Origin: a virus
Lineage: Duplodnaviria > Heunggongvirae > Uroviricota > Caudoviricetes
Direction: 5' to 3' (one strand)
Length of the DNA stretch: 64,000 bases
Virus record (IMG/VR): IMGVR_UViG_3300028603_000019
Span: 67,877-131,876 of that record
Made by a program: the position numbers and the translations under genes
The notes under the pieces: generated by a model
Databases searched by the model: none
What the model was told of the DNA's origin: nothing
The model's input: only the letters and a program-made list of their open reading frames with translations
Part shown: positions 36,372 to 45,905 of the stretch, piece by piece
How the letters are laid out: each line of letters starts with the position of its first letter
Numbering within the stretch: position 1 is the stretch's first letter

Positions 36372-36767
36372 TCAAATATACAATCTCCTGTTCATAATCG
36401 GATCTTCCATCATTGCTTGTAACTTGACAACAAACAGGCTAATCCCTATTATGTATACGAATTGACCCCACCTCGGTCCCGATTCCTTATCAAAGATCAA
36501 GAGATATAGGAGCTTGAAAAACTCGCGAATATTCTCCTTGCCGTATATTTCTTTAGCAACCTCGTAGAACTCGAATTGAATCTCCTCTTCCGTCCAAACT
36601 TTCTCCACCTGGAGTCTGGCAATCAGGAGATTGACGCCACGGCGAAGGAGATTTAGATCGGGAAATTCAAATTCTTCCTTTGCCAGAAACCACTCATCTA
36701 GAGCATTATTTGGCATCTGTTCGCCAAGATGCATATAGAAGAAGGCATGAAGATGATTATTGGACAT
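36372..36767 (-). CDS. hypothetical protein
   Basis: 131-aa ORF. Confidence 0.35.
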   Translation of the reverse strand: MSNNHLHAFFYMHLGEQMPNNALDEWFLAKEEFEFPDLNLLRRGVNLLIARLQVEKVWTEEEIQFEFYEVAKEIYGKENIREFFKLLYLLIFDKESGPRWGQFVYIIGISLFVVKLQAMMEDPIMNRRLYI

Positions 36768-36812
36768 TGAAAGATTCTATCTCATTTTTCACAAAATGGC
36801 AATCATTATTTT

Positions 36813-37259
36813 TCAAAAATTGGTAATTCCGTCACGGACTTCCATTAAGATTTTACCCAACATGTTCTTTCCAGTTCCCAACGGACACTCTCCCCAAAAA
36901 GTGTCGCCCCAGCGATTGCCCTCGATGAGTCGTTTCGGTTTGGTCGCTTGAAGTTTCTCCATCAAGTCCAGGTTCTGTTCAAACTTAGAGGAAACCAATT
37001 TTCGCATAATTGGAACTCGAACCTGATTCCAATCTTCTCGCAAAGGAACTTTTCGCCCGATCTTCTTAATCTCACCGGCGGAATATCCCACTTGCTGAAT
37101 CCCTTCATACACCAGATTTTGCCATTCTGGATCCACCGTCTTGTAATAGACATAGGCATGTTCCACGGCAGGAAACTGAAGATCATCAACCACCATTGGG
37201 CTTGGGTAGAAGTTGCTTAAGAACCGATATTCGCCCGAGAATGAATTGATCACGTCCAT
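36813..37259 (-). CDS. NADAR-domain protein (YbiA/DUF1768-like N-glycosidase)
   Basis: FSGEYRFLSNFYPSPM ... AVEHAYVYYK ... GEC..G.G.N is the NADAR signature. Confidence 0.65.
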   Translation of the reverse strand: MDVINSFSGEYRFLSNFYPSPMVVDDLQFPAVEHAYVYYKTVDPEWQNLVYEGIQQVGYSAGEIKKIGRKVPLREDWNQVRVPIMRKLVSSKFEQNLDLMEKLQATKPKRLIEGNRWGDTFWGECPLGTGKNMLGKILMEVRDGITNF

Positions 37260-38122
37260 AGGGAACCCCTGATTTTGATCAAGCGAATCATCATGGCTTC
37301 ATCTTCTGCTTCATACTCTGCCTCGATTCGATCACATTCTTTCAGGATCCTTTCGGTCTCGTCTGGGTCCTCATTCGGATCGGTCTGCATAAAGCCCAGA
37401 CCAGATTCACGACGGCGTTCACAATAGTCCGTCCAACCGGATACATCGTGGGGATCCGGCCGATTCGGATACACCTCGGTCCACCAGAGATAGAGGTCTT
37501 TGATTTCCTGGGCTGCGACAGATTGTGCAGTCGGAATGGGAACTTCATCTTCCTCGGTCTTTAGTCCAATTTCCCAGTCCAGATATGCCAGTCCGGCTTC
37601 CCTGTTGCCGTGGAGCCAGTGGAATTTCCCATATTTTTCCTTCGTATCACCCTCGGTCCACACGTAGTTCATGGACGCCTTTTCATATTCCACGAAACGG
37701 ACAAGCTCACCGAACATGCACGGCAGGAATCTTGCAGTCAAGTCACAGTAACTACCCGGCTTCAGATACTTTCTCTCGGCAGTAAGGGCATTCGGTTTGA
37801 CAACGAACCGCATCTTGAGATAGCAGCGAATATGATCATACACGTCCATCGGGAGGCACCAAATATTCTGGATGAAATTCAGAAACTCTTCCGCGATCCA
37901 GAATCGAATCGGATGCGCCTCTTTTGCAGACTTATCCCACTCTGCCCATTCATCGCCAGTTCCATATTTGGGCTTGACCGTGCCCCGGATCCATTGAGCC
38001 AGCCGGGAATTCGACCAATATCGAATCCGATTGGAGCTACTGAAAAAGAGTCGCAATTTCATCGTCCTATATTCTCCTTCCCGGCACCGTAGACGGAATC
38101 GTTCAGCTTGTCCATAAGGCAT
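37250..38122 (-). CDS. hypothetical protein
   Basis: 290-aa ORF. Confidence 0.4.
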   Translation of the reverse strand: MPYGQAERFRLRCREGEYRTMKLRLFFSSSNRIRYWSNSRLAQWIRGTVKPKYGTGDEWAEWDKSAKEAHPIRFWIAEEFLNFIQNIWCLPMDVYDHIRCYLKMRFVVKPNALTAERKYLKPGSYCDLTARFLPCMFGELVRFVEYEKASMNYVWTEGDTKEKYGKFHWLHGNREAGLAYLDWEIGLKTEEDEVPIPTAQSVAAQEIKDLYLWWTEVYPNRPDPHDVSGWTDYCERRRESGLGFMQTDPNEDPDETERILKECDRIEAEYEAEDEAMMIRLIKIRGSLWT

Positions 38123-38289
38123 TGATCACAGACGACGATTTCAATGCCTGGGCCGCCACAAGGATCAAAGACGGTTGATCCATAGTGCCCATAGGTATGG
38201 AAGGCAACCCCATCATATGGCTGGACAATTTCATTGTCCTGAAGATTCTTGAGTTCCTTGCCGCAGACAATACACTTTACCATATTCAT
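38059..38289 (-). CDS. small zinc-ribbon protein
   Basis: CIVCGKEL ... CDQC. Confidence 0.35.
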   Translation of the reverse strand: MNMVKCIVCGKELKNLQDNEIVQPYDGVAFHTYGHYGSTVFDPCGGPGIEIVVCDQCLMDKLNDSVYGAGKENIGR

Positions 38290-38453
38290 GTCGTTGTCTC
38301 AACCTCCTTGCCTTTTCTCATGGTTCTCATGTGTTCTACAGTCTTGGTCAGGAACTCAAACCGAAGAGGATAGTGCTCTGGGTTCGGAATATTCTCCTTT
38401 CCGAACACTTCAATCATTTCCTTGAGAAGATCCCTCGTCCTCTTTTGTGCCAT
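38286..38453 (-). CDS. small hypothetical protein (55 aa)
   Basis: MAQKRTRDLLKEMIEVFGKEN...; ATGA overlap with the upstream gene. Confidence 0.3.
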   Translation of the reverse strand: MAQKRTRDLLKEMIEVFGKENIPNPEHYPLRFEFLTKTVEHMRTMRKGKEVETTT

Positions 38454-38643
38454 GTCATTCCTTACCAGTCGAACAGTGAATCGAAAACCCGCTCAAGGAT
38501 ATCACGTCCAGATGCAGAAGTTGAGCGGCCTGAAGTTGGTTATTTTGCAGCATCAAAATCCTGTCACGTTCCCGAGCATCGCACTCAAGCTGCAACCACT
38601 CGTTGTAGTCAAAATCCGTGATAGGATGCAATGGCTCAGGACT

Positions 38644-38823
38644 TCATTCATCATAATCTTCCGGCATTTCCGGGGCGACCAATACAAAGGCCGCAATCAC
38701 GATGACACAGATTGCAAGTCCCGCAAAGACGCCAACTGTCCCATAGAGAACATAAAGAAACATCGGCATCAGCAGGCTCATGAAAATCAGGACGGCCATT
38801 GCATAGTCAAACAGGGTTCTCAT
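38644..38823 (-). CDS. small membrane protein (59 aa)
   Basis: MRTLFDYAMAVLIFMSLLMPMFLYVLYGTVGVFAGLAICVIVIAAFVLV... Confidence 0.35.
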   Translation of the reverse strand: MRTLFDYAMAVLIFMSLLMPMFLYVLYGTVGVFAGLAICVIVIAAFVLVAPEMPEDYDE

Positions 38824-38826
38824 GGT

Positions 38827-39303
38827 TCAACCTCGATTGTCCGGTTTCCGATAAAATACGTGATTTCCGACCGATCCAACTTGTTCAAAGACGGTCGTCC
38901 AGTTGGGCATCCTCTTTACTGCCTTCGGGTTCACGAAATGGGTTGCCCCGGTCTCAAGAAACTCATCAAATTCCTCGTGGATGATTTCCTCGGCCAACAG
39001 GAGGGCTTCATCCCATTTCTCGGTCTCATGAGGAACGGTATCCGATCGTGTTTTGGTCCATGAGAACGCTGATCTCTGGTAAACCACATCACAGATCGTA
39101 TCTGGGAATCGCGAATGTTCCATCCGATTCAAGGTGACCTCTGCCACCATGATCATGCCCTCTGGTCCTTCTCCACGAGCCTCGTGGTACATGTTCAGGG
39201 CCAGGGCTTCGATTTGGGCATCTGTATCACAGTCTTTTGCCCAAGTGGGACTGGCAAGGAGAATTGCTCCCGCTACCAGTCCCAGAATTTTAGCGTCCGC
39301 CAC
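38827..39303 (-). CDS. secreted cell-wall hydrolase (SleB/CwlJ-like)
   Basis: Signal peptide ...LLASPTWA|KD; NMYHEARGE and VVYQRSAFSW motifs of the Hydrolase_2 family. Confidence 0.6.
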   Translation of the reverse strand: MADAKILGLVAGAILLASPTWAKDCDTDAQIEALALNMYHEARGEGPEGMIMVAEVTLNRMEHSRFPDTICDVVYQRSAFSWTKTRSDTVPHETEKWDEALLLAEEIIHEEFDEFLETGATHFVNPKAVKRMPNWTTVFEQVGSVGNHVFYRKPDNRG

Positions 39304-39520
39304 GTTTCACCATGTCCTTCTTATTCTGCTCAAATTCTCGGCGCTCAAGAACCCTGTGCTTGATGCGGCAGAATTTCACGTTCTTGGTTCCGTTCCCAAC
39401 CACGAAATATTCCAACGTGCGGCCGACGATGAAGAACGGAGAACCCTTGAATTCCGTTTGGACAAGGGTTCCGAATTTCTCATCTTCCGCGTTAATTACT
39501 TCGGCAAGTGCAGGAGTCAT
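39290..39520 (-). CDS. hypothetical protein
   Basis: 76-aa ORF. Confidence 0.3.
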   Translation of the reverse strand: MTPALAEVINAEDEKFGTLVQTEFKGSPFFIVGRTLEYFVVGNGTKNVKFCRIKHRVLERREFEQNKKDMVKRGGR

Positions 39521-39583
39521 GTTCGGATGCCTTCTTCTGTCTTGTTAAGGCATCTTATCTCAATTTTTAGAAAATGGCAACCC

Positions 39584-40126
39584 CTATTTTTCGGGTTCTT
39601 CCGTCGGTTCCTTGTCAGAAGTTTCGGTGGGCTTCTCCGCCATCACCGGTTCATTCTCCACACCAAGCTGACTCTTGAGCTCCGAGACCAACTGGTCATA
39701 GGAATTCAACACCGGAACACTCTTGAGATTACATGTAAGAACCACATTGCCTTTCCTGAAATACCCATCAGGGCAGCACACTATCACTGGTTTGGAAGAA
39801 CCCAGACAGTAGCCAAGTTCCAGAAGGGTGACCGGAGATTGTGTCTCTGGATCAAAATAGAACACGACAATATCCGCTCGGAGAATATGCTTCAGTTCCC
39901 AAGTGACTTGTTCATGAAACTGTGTCCCTGGGGTCGGATCTTGCTCCCAAGTATCATCCCATTCCTCTCGCCTCGGATCAAAGATCATCAACTTTGGAAC
40001 ATCAGCAAGCTCATCCGATAGCTTCTTCTGCCATGAACTAGCGCGGCCTTGTTCTATGCTGCCCGCCAGAAAAACCTTCTTGAATGACTCACAGGAGGTA
40101 TCCTCTGGTGCCGTAATTCGTATCAT
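39584..40126 (-). CDS. nucleoside 2-deoxyribosyltransferase-like protein
   Basis: KVFLAGSIEQG near the N-terminus; Rossmann-like layout typical of NDT/DUF4406. Confidence 0.45.
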   Translation of the reverse strand: MIRITAPEDTSCESFKKVFLAGSIEQGRASSWQKKLSDELADVPKLMIFDPRREEWDDTWEQDPTPGTQFHEQVTWELKHILRADIVVFYFDPETQSPVTLLELGYCLGSSKPVIVCCPDGYFRKGNVVLTCNLKSVPVLNSYDQLVSELKSQLGVENEPVMAEKPTETSDKEPTEEPEK

Positions 40127-40139
40127 CTACAATCTCCTA

Positions 40140-42374
40140 TCAAATTTCACATTGGCCAGCATGACACGCCACTGCCCCGAGCGTATCCACATCCACGTAT
40201 TTTTTCTCGGACAGTGATCCGGCAAAATCCATCCTTTTCAGGTTCTGTTGAATCTTTGCCCACTTGTGAAGCATGTAGACTGACTTCAGGCAATATTCAG
40301 CTTTCTGAACATTTCCGTCAAAGTAGTTTTCCACATACTTCTTGAATCTCCTGATCCAATCAGCACGGGCATCCACCTTCTCTCGATCACCATCATCGCG
40401 ATCCATCTTTGCGGTATTTATAGCTGCCCAAAGGTGTTCAAATCCATTCTGAGAATCGACGATCAGACCGGATGCGAACATGGCTCCGCGACCGTATTTG
40501 GAGACAATTTCTTCTTCGGTAAGCACTTCAGTCATTGGAGCTTGAAAGTAGTCATAATCTCCGGATGCAGACAGCAAGCTCACGCCGGCAAAATACTTTC
40601 GATTCTTGAATAGATAGTCCCGAACCTCGTCCCACTGTGAAGGCAATACCGTCACCGTGTTGGACACGTTATGGCGCATTGTCTGATCGACACAATGCTC
40701 AACACGGGTACCTGCTTCAATCCAAGACTGCTGAACAAGCTTCACTTTTTCCAGGAGATTCACACCATAGAGATCACGCTTGAATATGGACTGTGGAGGC
40801 GAAATAACCGGAAAACTGATTACATAGTCAGAACGGTTGGCAGACCAGATGGACTCCTCAATCATGTATGGGTTATGATCACGGATAAATTGGGCGACCT
40901 CAGTCTCCTTGTTCATCTGCACGTTGCGGATATATCTGGGAGAATGTTCACCATGGATACCGGAAGCTGTGCCGAGGATCACACTAGCATTACCTGCGGG
41001 TTTCGCCACCGTCGCCCGGGCGGCGACATTGATGCCGATCATCCCGGCGACCAGCTCATTGATCTTGAGAACCAGTTTTCCGCCTTTCTTTAGAACTTTG
41101 TCGTTGAAAAGGACATCCGGATTATTCATCCAACCAGTCACTGAAACTCCCAAGAGTGCTTCCCTTTCAAAAATCTTCTCGGAAACTTCACCTAGAAATG
41201 GAAACTTGGTATATCCAGCTTGAAGGGTCCCAAGAATGGATGCTGCTTCACATGCCATATAAAACACTTCTTCTGAAATACATTGTCCACCGTTGATCTC
41301 CGTTAAGTTGCAGCCTTGAAATCCCGATAAATTTTCAATCATGGGAAGCATGGACACTTCCACGCAGGGGTTGAATACAACATCCTCATTCTCAGCAAAG
41401 ATGAATCCGGGCTCACCAAATTCTTTCGTTCTCTGGAAAATTTTGTCAAATTGGTCTTTGGTAATTTGTCCCCTGACTAAAAGCGCGGAGTTGTTGGATC
41501 TTGCCCGTTGGGGATTTTCCTCGAACCAATTCCCCGTCTTAGAATTCATCATCGCTTCATCGTCTGGAGAGAAAAGGAAAATGACGGCCGACCGTCTCAC
41601 GCCACCCGAAAGCACGGCGTCCGCAATATACATGGCAATATCATATACATGAATCGGCTCAAGTTTGGTCTTGCCAGATAGCACCAGTCCCTGAAGGAGA
41701 TACTCAATTTTGTCCAGGGCATGTCTCAGTGGTTCTGGACCAGGAGCTTTGAATCCACCTGATATCATAGCACCTTTAGGACGAATCGCCGATAGATCAA
41801 AGTATACACGACGACCTTCGAATTCTGGATATTTACCGCCACCCGAGAAATATGAGGACATCAGAACATCGGCAGCGGTTGCCCAACCTTCAATATCATC
41901 TGTAACTGCATGGATCTTGGATTGTTTGGTTCTGTTTTGAATTTCGGGTAGCTTGTCAATGTGATGCTTAAGACCAGAAATTCCAGCACCAGCGCCGCAC
42001 AACAAGACGTAGAAATATTCACCGAAAAACTCTGGACGGTCAGCATATGTAGCAGTGCAGTTGTAGAGCTTCATGTGATGCTTCAGTAGTTGTTCACCAC
42101 CGAATTGCAAGGCCCGCTGTGCACCCAATACCAACTTGTTCTTGTAGGCAGTCTCAGCTTTATCAATCAGGGCTTCAAGTTCTGGCGTCATTTTATCTTG
42201 ATAGAACTGACGATGCATGTTCATGACCCTGGAAACGGAATCTTCCCAGGTCTCATATCTTCCCTTGCTGTCGTCCCATCTTGAATAGCCTTCAAAGAAT
42301 TTGGCCTCAGACATCATGTCCCTTGTATCGCGATCACCATTGAACTGTATCACGTTGCTGCCCGTCATTGACAT
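40140..42374 (-). CDS. nrdJ: ribonucleotide reductase, class II (adenosylcobalamin-dependent, NrdJ-like)
   Basis: 744-aa single polypeptide; active-site VFNPCVE; no separate NrdB-like gene in the window. Confidence 0.7.
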   Translation of the reverse strand: MSMTGSNVIQFNGDRDTRDMMSEAKFFEGYSRWDDSKGRYETWEDSVSRVMNMHRQFYQDKMTPELEALIDKAETAYKNKLVLGAQRALQFGGEQLLKHHMKLYNCTATYADRPEFFGEYFYVLLCGAGAGISGLKHHIDKLPEIQNRTKQSKIHAVTDDIEGWATAADVLMSSYFSGGGKYPEFEGRRVYFDLSAIRPKGAMISGGFKAPGPEPLRHALDKIEYLLQGLVLSGKTKLEPIHVYDIAMYIADAVLSGGVRRSAVIFLFSPDDEAMMNSKTGNWFEENPQRARSNNSALLVRGQITKDQFDKIFQRTKEFGEPGFIFAENEDVVFNPCVEVSMLPMIENLSGFQGCNLTEINGGQCISEEVFYMACEAASILGTLQAGYTKFPFLGEVSEKIFEREALLGVSVTGWMNNPDVLFNDKVLKKGGKLVLKINELVAGMIGINVAARATVAKPAGNASVILGTASGIHGEHSPRYIRNVQMNKETEVAQFIRDHNPYMIEESIWSANRSDYVISFPVISPPQSIFKRDLYGVNLLEKVKLVQQSWIEAGTRVEHCVDQTMRHNVSNTVTVLPSQWDEVRDYLFKNRKYFAGVSLLSASGDYDYFQAPMTEVLTEEEIVSKYGRGAMFASGLIVDSQNGFEHLWAAINTAKMDRDDGDREKVDARADWIRRFKKYVENYFDGNVQKAEYCLKSVYMLHKWAKIQQNLKRMDFAGSLSEKKYVDVDTLGAVACHAGQCEI

Positions 42375-42488
42375 AACCTCATTTGTTTTGATTGTTGGAC
42401 AAGGAAGACACGATCACTGCCGGGTGATAAACCTGTGCCTTCCTTGCCGATTGTTGAAAATTCCGTTGAGCGGGTAAGCTCATATATC

Positions 42489-42496
42489 TATTTATA
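42489..42496 (-). promoter_or_regulatory. T4 late-promoter-like TATAAATA box upstream of nrdJ
   Basis: Exact TATAAATA on the coding strand about 115 nt upstream of the nrdJ ATG, in a 172-nt intergenic region. Confidence 0.3.
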
Positions 42497-42546
42497 GTGC
42501 CGATTCTTTTCAGAAATTCTAAATGTTGTGTTTTGAGACAATTATT

Positions 42547-43437
42547 TTACACAGCCATGTCAAAATGAATAGGCGCATGATACTTGTAATTCTCCAACCT
42601 GAATTTGTTGACCAGTCCCTTCTCGTATGGAACACCCAATGGAAGATTCAAAAAGTCCATCAGATTGAAATCTCGATCAATTACAAGATCTGGTAGAGTA
42701 AGTGGTTCACGTTCTACAAAGGTTCGGCAACCCTCAATATGGTTCTTGTAGATATGAGCATCACCAATACTGTGAACAAATTCACCTACTTCCAGTCCGC
42801 ACTCACGGGCAATCAAGTGTGTCAGGAGAGCATATGACGCGATATTAAATGGGATGCCAAGTGCACTGTCCGCTGATCTTTGGTACATCAAGCAGGATAA
42901 CTTACCATCGTAGACTCTAAATTGCGCAAAGCAATGGCAAGGCGGAAGTGCCATGTATTTGATATTTTCAGGATTCCAGGCCGATATGATCAAGCGACGA
43001 GAGTCCGGTTTGGTCTGGATGTTCTCGATCAGCTCCATCATTTGATCCACGTGCCAAGATGAACCGTTGCCCCTCCATTGGGCACCGTAGATCGGTCCTA
43101 GCTCCTTGACTTCATCGTCATTGCGGTATCCTAGTTTCCTGCCCTGTTCATTGGCATTGGCAGTCCAAATGGTCTTCTTATCCAGGAGTTCGAATTTCGG
43201 AAGATCATATAGCAGTGATGCCAGGTTCCTTTCGTCTGTATCTCCGCGCAGGAACCATAGAAGTTCAGACACTACGCTTCGGAAAGCTAATTTTTTTGTA
43301 GTGGTAGCTGGAAACCCATCTTGAAGATTAAACCGCATCTGGTATCCGAAGATGGAGTATGTTCCTACTCCGGTCCTATCGTCAGACGGAATTCCATTTT
43401 CCAGAATCATCTCGATCAAGTCTTGGTATTGTTTCAT
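42547..43437 (-). CDS. thyA: thymidylate synthase (ThyA/Td family)
   Basis: ALPPCHCFAQF (catalytic Cys), MYQRSADSALGIPFNIASYALL, DAHIYKNH. Confidence 0.8.
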   Translation of the reverse strand: MKQYQDLIEMILENGIPSDDRTGVGTYSIFGYQMRFNLQDGFPATTTKKLAFRSVVSELLWFLRGDTDERNLASLLYDLPKFELLDKKTIWTANANEQGRKLGYRNDDEVKELGPIYGAQWRGNGSSWHVDQMMELIENIQTKPDSRRLIISAWNPENIKYMALPPCHCFAQFRVYDGKLSCLMYQRSADSALGIPFNIASYALLTHLIARECGLEVGEFVHSIGDAHIYKNHIEGCRTFVEREPLTLPDLVIDRDFNLMDFLNLPLGVPYEKGLVNKFRLENYKYHAPIHFDMAV

Positions 43438-43964
43438 GTGGCCCCTCCCAAACTATCACGCGGTTCAACATATTCCAGGACTTGAAACAGAGCCGTCTCC
43501 GTTTCATGCATATATGTGCACACCGGAAATAGATAGTCGATAACATCTAGGTCAATGTATGTATCCGCTCCATATAGTCCCTTGATTGTTGTAATATACA
43601 TCTTCTCGGCATATCGAAATCCCTTCTGATACACGTCCTTTCCGCCGATGATCCAGATTTTCAAGTCGGGATAATCTCGTTTCAGGTCGGCCAGGATATT
43701 CCACATTGATCCCTGGACTACCTTCACCCCAGGAGTATCCTGGGGTAGAGTATTTGACATCACGACATTGATACGACCAGGAAGAGGGACTGATCCCAGA
43801 CTCTCGAATGTAGTCCTGCCCATGAGAACCACGTGGCCCAAGGTTTTATCCCTAAACCACTTCATATCCTCGTCGTGACGTCCCCAGGGCAGACCGTTAT
43901 TCTTGCCTATTCCACCGAGGTTGTCCGTTGCCATGATCATGTTAATGCTCATGTCCGTCTCCAT
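43434..43964 (-). CDS. frd: dihydrofolate reductase
   Basis: N-terminal MIMATDNLGGIGKNNGLPW; translationally coupled to thyA. Confidence 0.75.
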   Translation of the reverse strand: METDMSINMIMATDNLGGIGKNNGLPWGRHDEDMKWFRDKTLGHVVLMGRTTFESLGSVPLPGRINVVMSNTLPQDTPGVKVVQGSMWNILADLKRDYPDLKIWIIGGKDVYQKGFRYAEKMYITTIKGLYGADTYIDLDVIDYLFPVCTYMHETETALFQVLEYVEPRDSLGGAT

Positions 43965-44974
43965 TGTGACAAGGCAAGATCGGCCTGTAATCCTCTGTGG
44001 GTATTCTCATCTATAATTTTTCGGATATCCTTCACTCCATTCAATATCATTTCATTCACGTCTTTCCCCGGAAGTCCCTGTGGCCATATACATATTCCGA
44101 ACCCCTTGGATATTACCTTCTGCATCATGTTGTGGATTTCCCTGTTCCTAGGCTCATTATCAAACACGAATGTTCCGTTTTCGGGGTGCTCCATAATATC
44201 GGTGTTCCCATCAGCCCCTGCCATGGCTACCGCGTTATCAAGGAACATTGAGTCGATGGCACCTTCAAGGATCAGGTATGGGCGATTGAAATCTACCCTG
44301 TCCAGGCCATATATCTTCGGAACATCTTCGAGCATGAGGGTAATATATCGAAGACCCTTCGGTCGAAATCCCCTTGCTGTCATACCTATCAGTCGGCCCG
44401 ACTTGTCCCGAAATGGTATGATTATCCTGGGTTCTTCCTTGCCCTCTTTAGGCAGTTTCCCCGGAAAATACTTGTGTGCCCAGGTCATGAATTTGGGTGC
44501 ATAGTATAACCGGGCGACAGCTTCCTCTGGGATTTGTCGTTTTCGCATATACTCCGAGACTGGATGATTATCTGCCAAATCCGATACTAATTTGAGATCT
44601 TTGAGGATGTCGCTATTATCATTCTCAGTTCGTGCTTCAGTAACAGGTTCTTCCTGCGGCTTCTCATATCGGTGTGTATTGCTCCTCTCCCTTGTCATCA
44701 ACTTCTGGGAGATGTATTCCTTATACAGATTTCCGTCATACTCCTTTAAGAAGTATGAAAATGATTTGGAATATCCGCAATTGTAGCACCGATACCGGAG
44801 ATTACCGTTCTTGGTCTCCGTTATCCATCCGCGTTTCTTGTTTTGGGAACGTGCAGAGTCACCACAGACAATGCATCTGAAATTGGCTTGAAAAGGTGTC
44901 CGTCGCTTGACTACAAATAAAGGTAGCCTCGCGGAGAACAAGTTCACATACTGTATATCGAGATAATCGGCCAA
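43949..44974 (-). CDS. gp61: DNA primase (T4 gp61-like)
   Basis: N-terminal zinc ribbon CIVCGDS ... CYNCG; TOPRIM-like region; 341 aa. Confidence 0.65.
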   Translation of the reverse strand: MADYLDIQYVNLFSARLPLFVVKRRTPFQANFRCIVCGDSARSQNKKRGWITETKNGNLRYRCYNCGYSKSFSYFLKEYDGNLYKEYISQKLMTRERSNTHRYEKPQEEPVTEARTENDNSDILKDLKLVSDLADNHPVSEYMRKRQIPEEAVARLYYAPKFMTWAHKYFPGKLPKEGKEEPRIIIPFRDKSGRLIGMTARGFRPKGLRYITLMLEDVPKIYGLDRVDFNRPYLILEGAIDSMFLDNAVAMAGADGNTDIMEHPENGTFVFDNEPRNREIHNMMQKVISKGFGICIWPQGLPGKDVNEMILNGVKDIRKIIDENTHRGLQADLALSQWRRT

Positions 44975-44986
44975 TGTCGGAATTAC

Positions 44987-45022
44987 GGAATGAAAAAAGG
45001 AGCGGAGAACTCAATCTCCTAC
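44987..45022 (-). terminator. intrinsic terminator (minus strand)
   Basis: Minus-strand hairpin GGAGUAGGAGA-UUGAGU-UCUCCGCUCC followed directly by UUUUUU. Confidence 0.55.
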
Positions 45023-45066
45023 TCCCCTAACTATAACTCAAATTGTCCGACTTGTAAACCGAAATT

Positions 45067-45531
45067 TTACCCGAAAATAGCACTCCACGGAACCCTTGAG
45101 ACAATGAACATAACCGCTACCGCAATACCAATTACATACCACTTCCAATTCTCAAGTGTGGAAATTCTCTTGTTCTGTTCACGCTCGATTTCTTGAAAAT
45201 CACGAAATTTCTTCTCCAAAAAATCCATGATCTCCTTGTGATGAGCATTTCGACTTTCCTCTGAAGATTCCCGAATCTCCTCTAGTTTCACGGCGACTTC
45301 TTTCTTGAGATCCAGATTTTCCTTCTCTCTTTTTGTCATTTTGTCGTCCATGGAATTCAGACGCTTTTCGTGGTCATTCAACATGTATTCCTGCCGTGTT
45401 ATATTCTTGAGGGCTTCCGTGAGAATGCCAACGGCGGAATCGAATTTCTCCAGACTTTTCTCAATCTGAGAGATATCACGTTTGATGACCGCGATATCTG
45501 TTCTCAATGTTCCGTGCCCATTTTCTTCCAT
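45067..45531 (-). CDS. coiled-coil protein with C-terminal TM anchor
   Basis: C-terminal YVIGIAVAVMFIVSRV; lies in the lysis neighbourhood. Confidence 0.35.
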   Translation of the reverse strand: MEENGHGTLRTDIAVIKRDISQIEKSLEKFDSAVGILTEALKNITRQEYMLNDHEKRLNSMDDKMTKREKENLDLKKEVAVKLEEIRESSEESRNAHHKEIMDFLEKKFRDFQEIEREQNKRISTLENWKWYVIGIAVAVMFIVSRVPWSAIFG

Positions 45532-45569
45532 TTGGCATAAACCTCTATTATTCGTAATTATTATGAGGA

Positions 45570-45902
45570 TTAGTCGTGTCTGTTTCTTCTACCGGAAGGA
45601 GAAGTATCTTCTCCGTTGCTGTGATGGAATTCATTTCTTAGGCATTCAATCTTCTCTTGACCACGCGTGAACGCCGAAATGCCTAGAACTGCTCCCATTG
45701 CTGCATGAAATATACCACCATTTGTCAGCGTAAGTGGTATCCATTGAAGCGCCACAGATCCTGCTCCAACGATTTGAATAATCGACCAAAATATCGGCCC
45801 AACAAGAAAATCAAATATCACAATAGCCATATACGCGTATGCCATCATCGGACGCCACGTGCCCCTGATCCATTCTCCTGCCGTATTCATCTTATCAGGC
45901 AT
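45570..45902 (-). CDS. small multi-TM membrane protein (holin candidate)
   Basis: Two or three hydrophobic segments; directly upstream of the spanin pair. Confidence 0.35.
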   Translation of the reverse strand: MPDKMNTAGEWIRGTWRPMMAYAYMAIVIFDFLVGPIFWSIIQIVGAGSVALQWIPLTLTNGGIFHAAMGAVLGISAFTRGQEKIECLRNEFHHSNGEDTSPSGRRNRHD

Positions 45903-45905
45903 ATC

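Noticed and set aside
42375-42546. Cobalamin riboswitch upstream of nrdJ
   Set aside because: The 172-nt leader was inspected for a B12-box and pseudoknot-like arrangement and none was recognisable. B12 riboswitches usually control B12-independent isozymes rather than NrdJ.
42547-43437. Group I intron in thyA (as in T4 td)
   Set aside because: The ThyA reading frame is continuous (296 aa) with all catalytic motifs in order. No intervening sequence.
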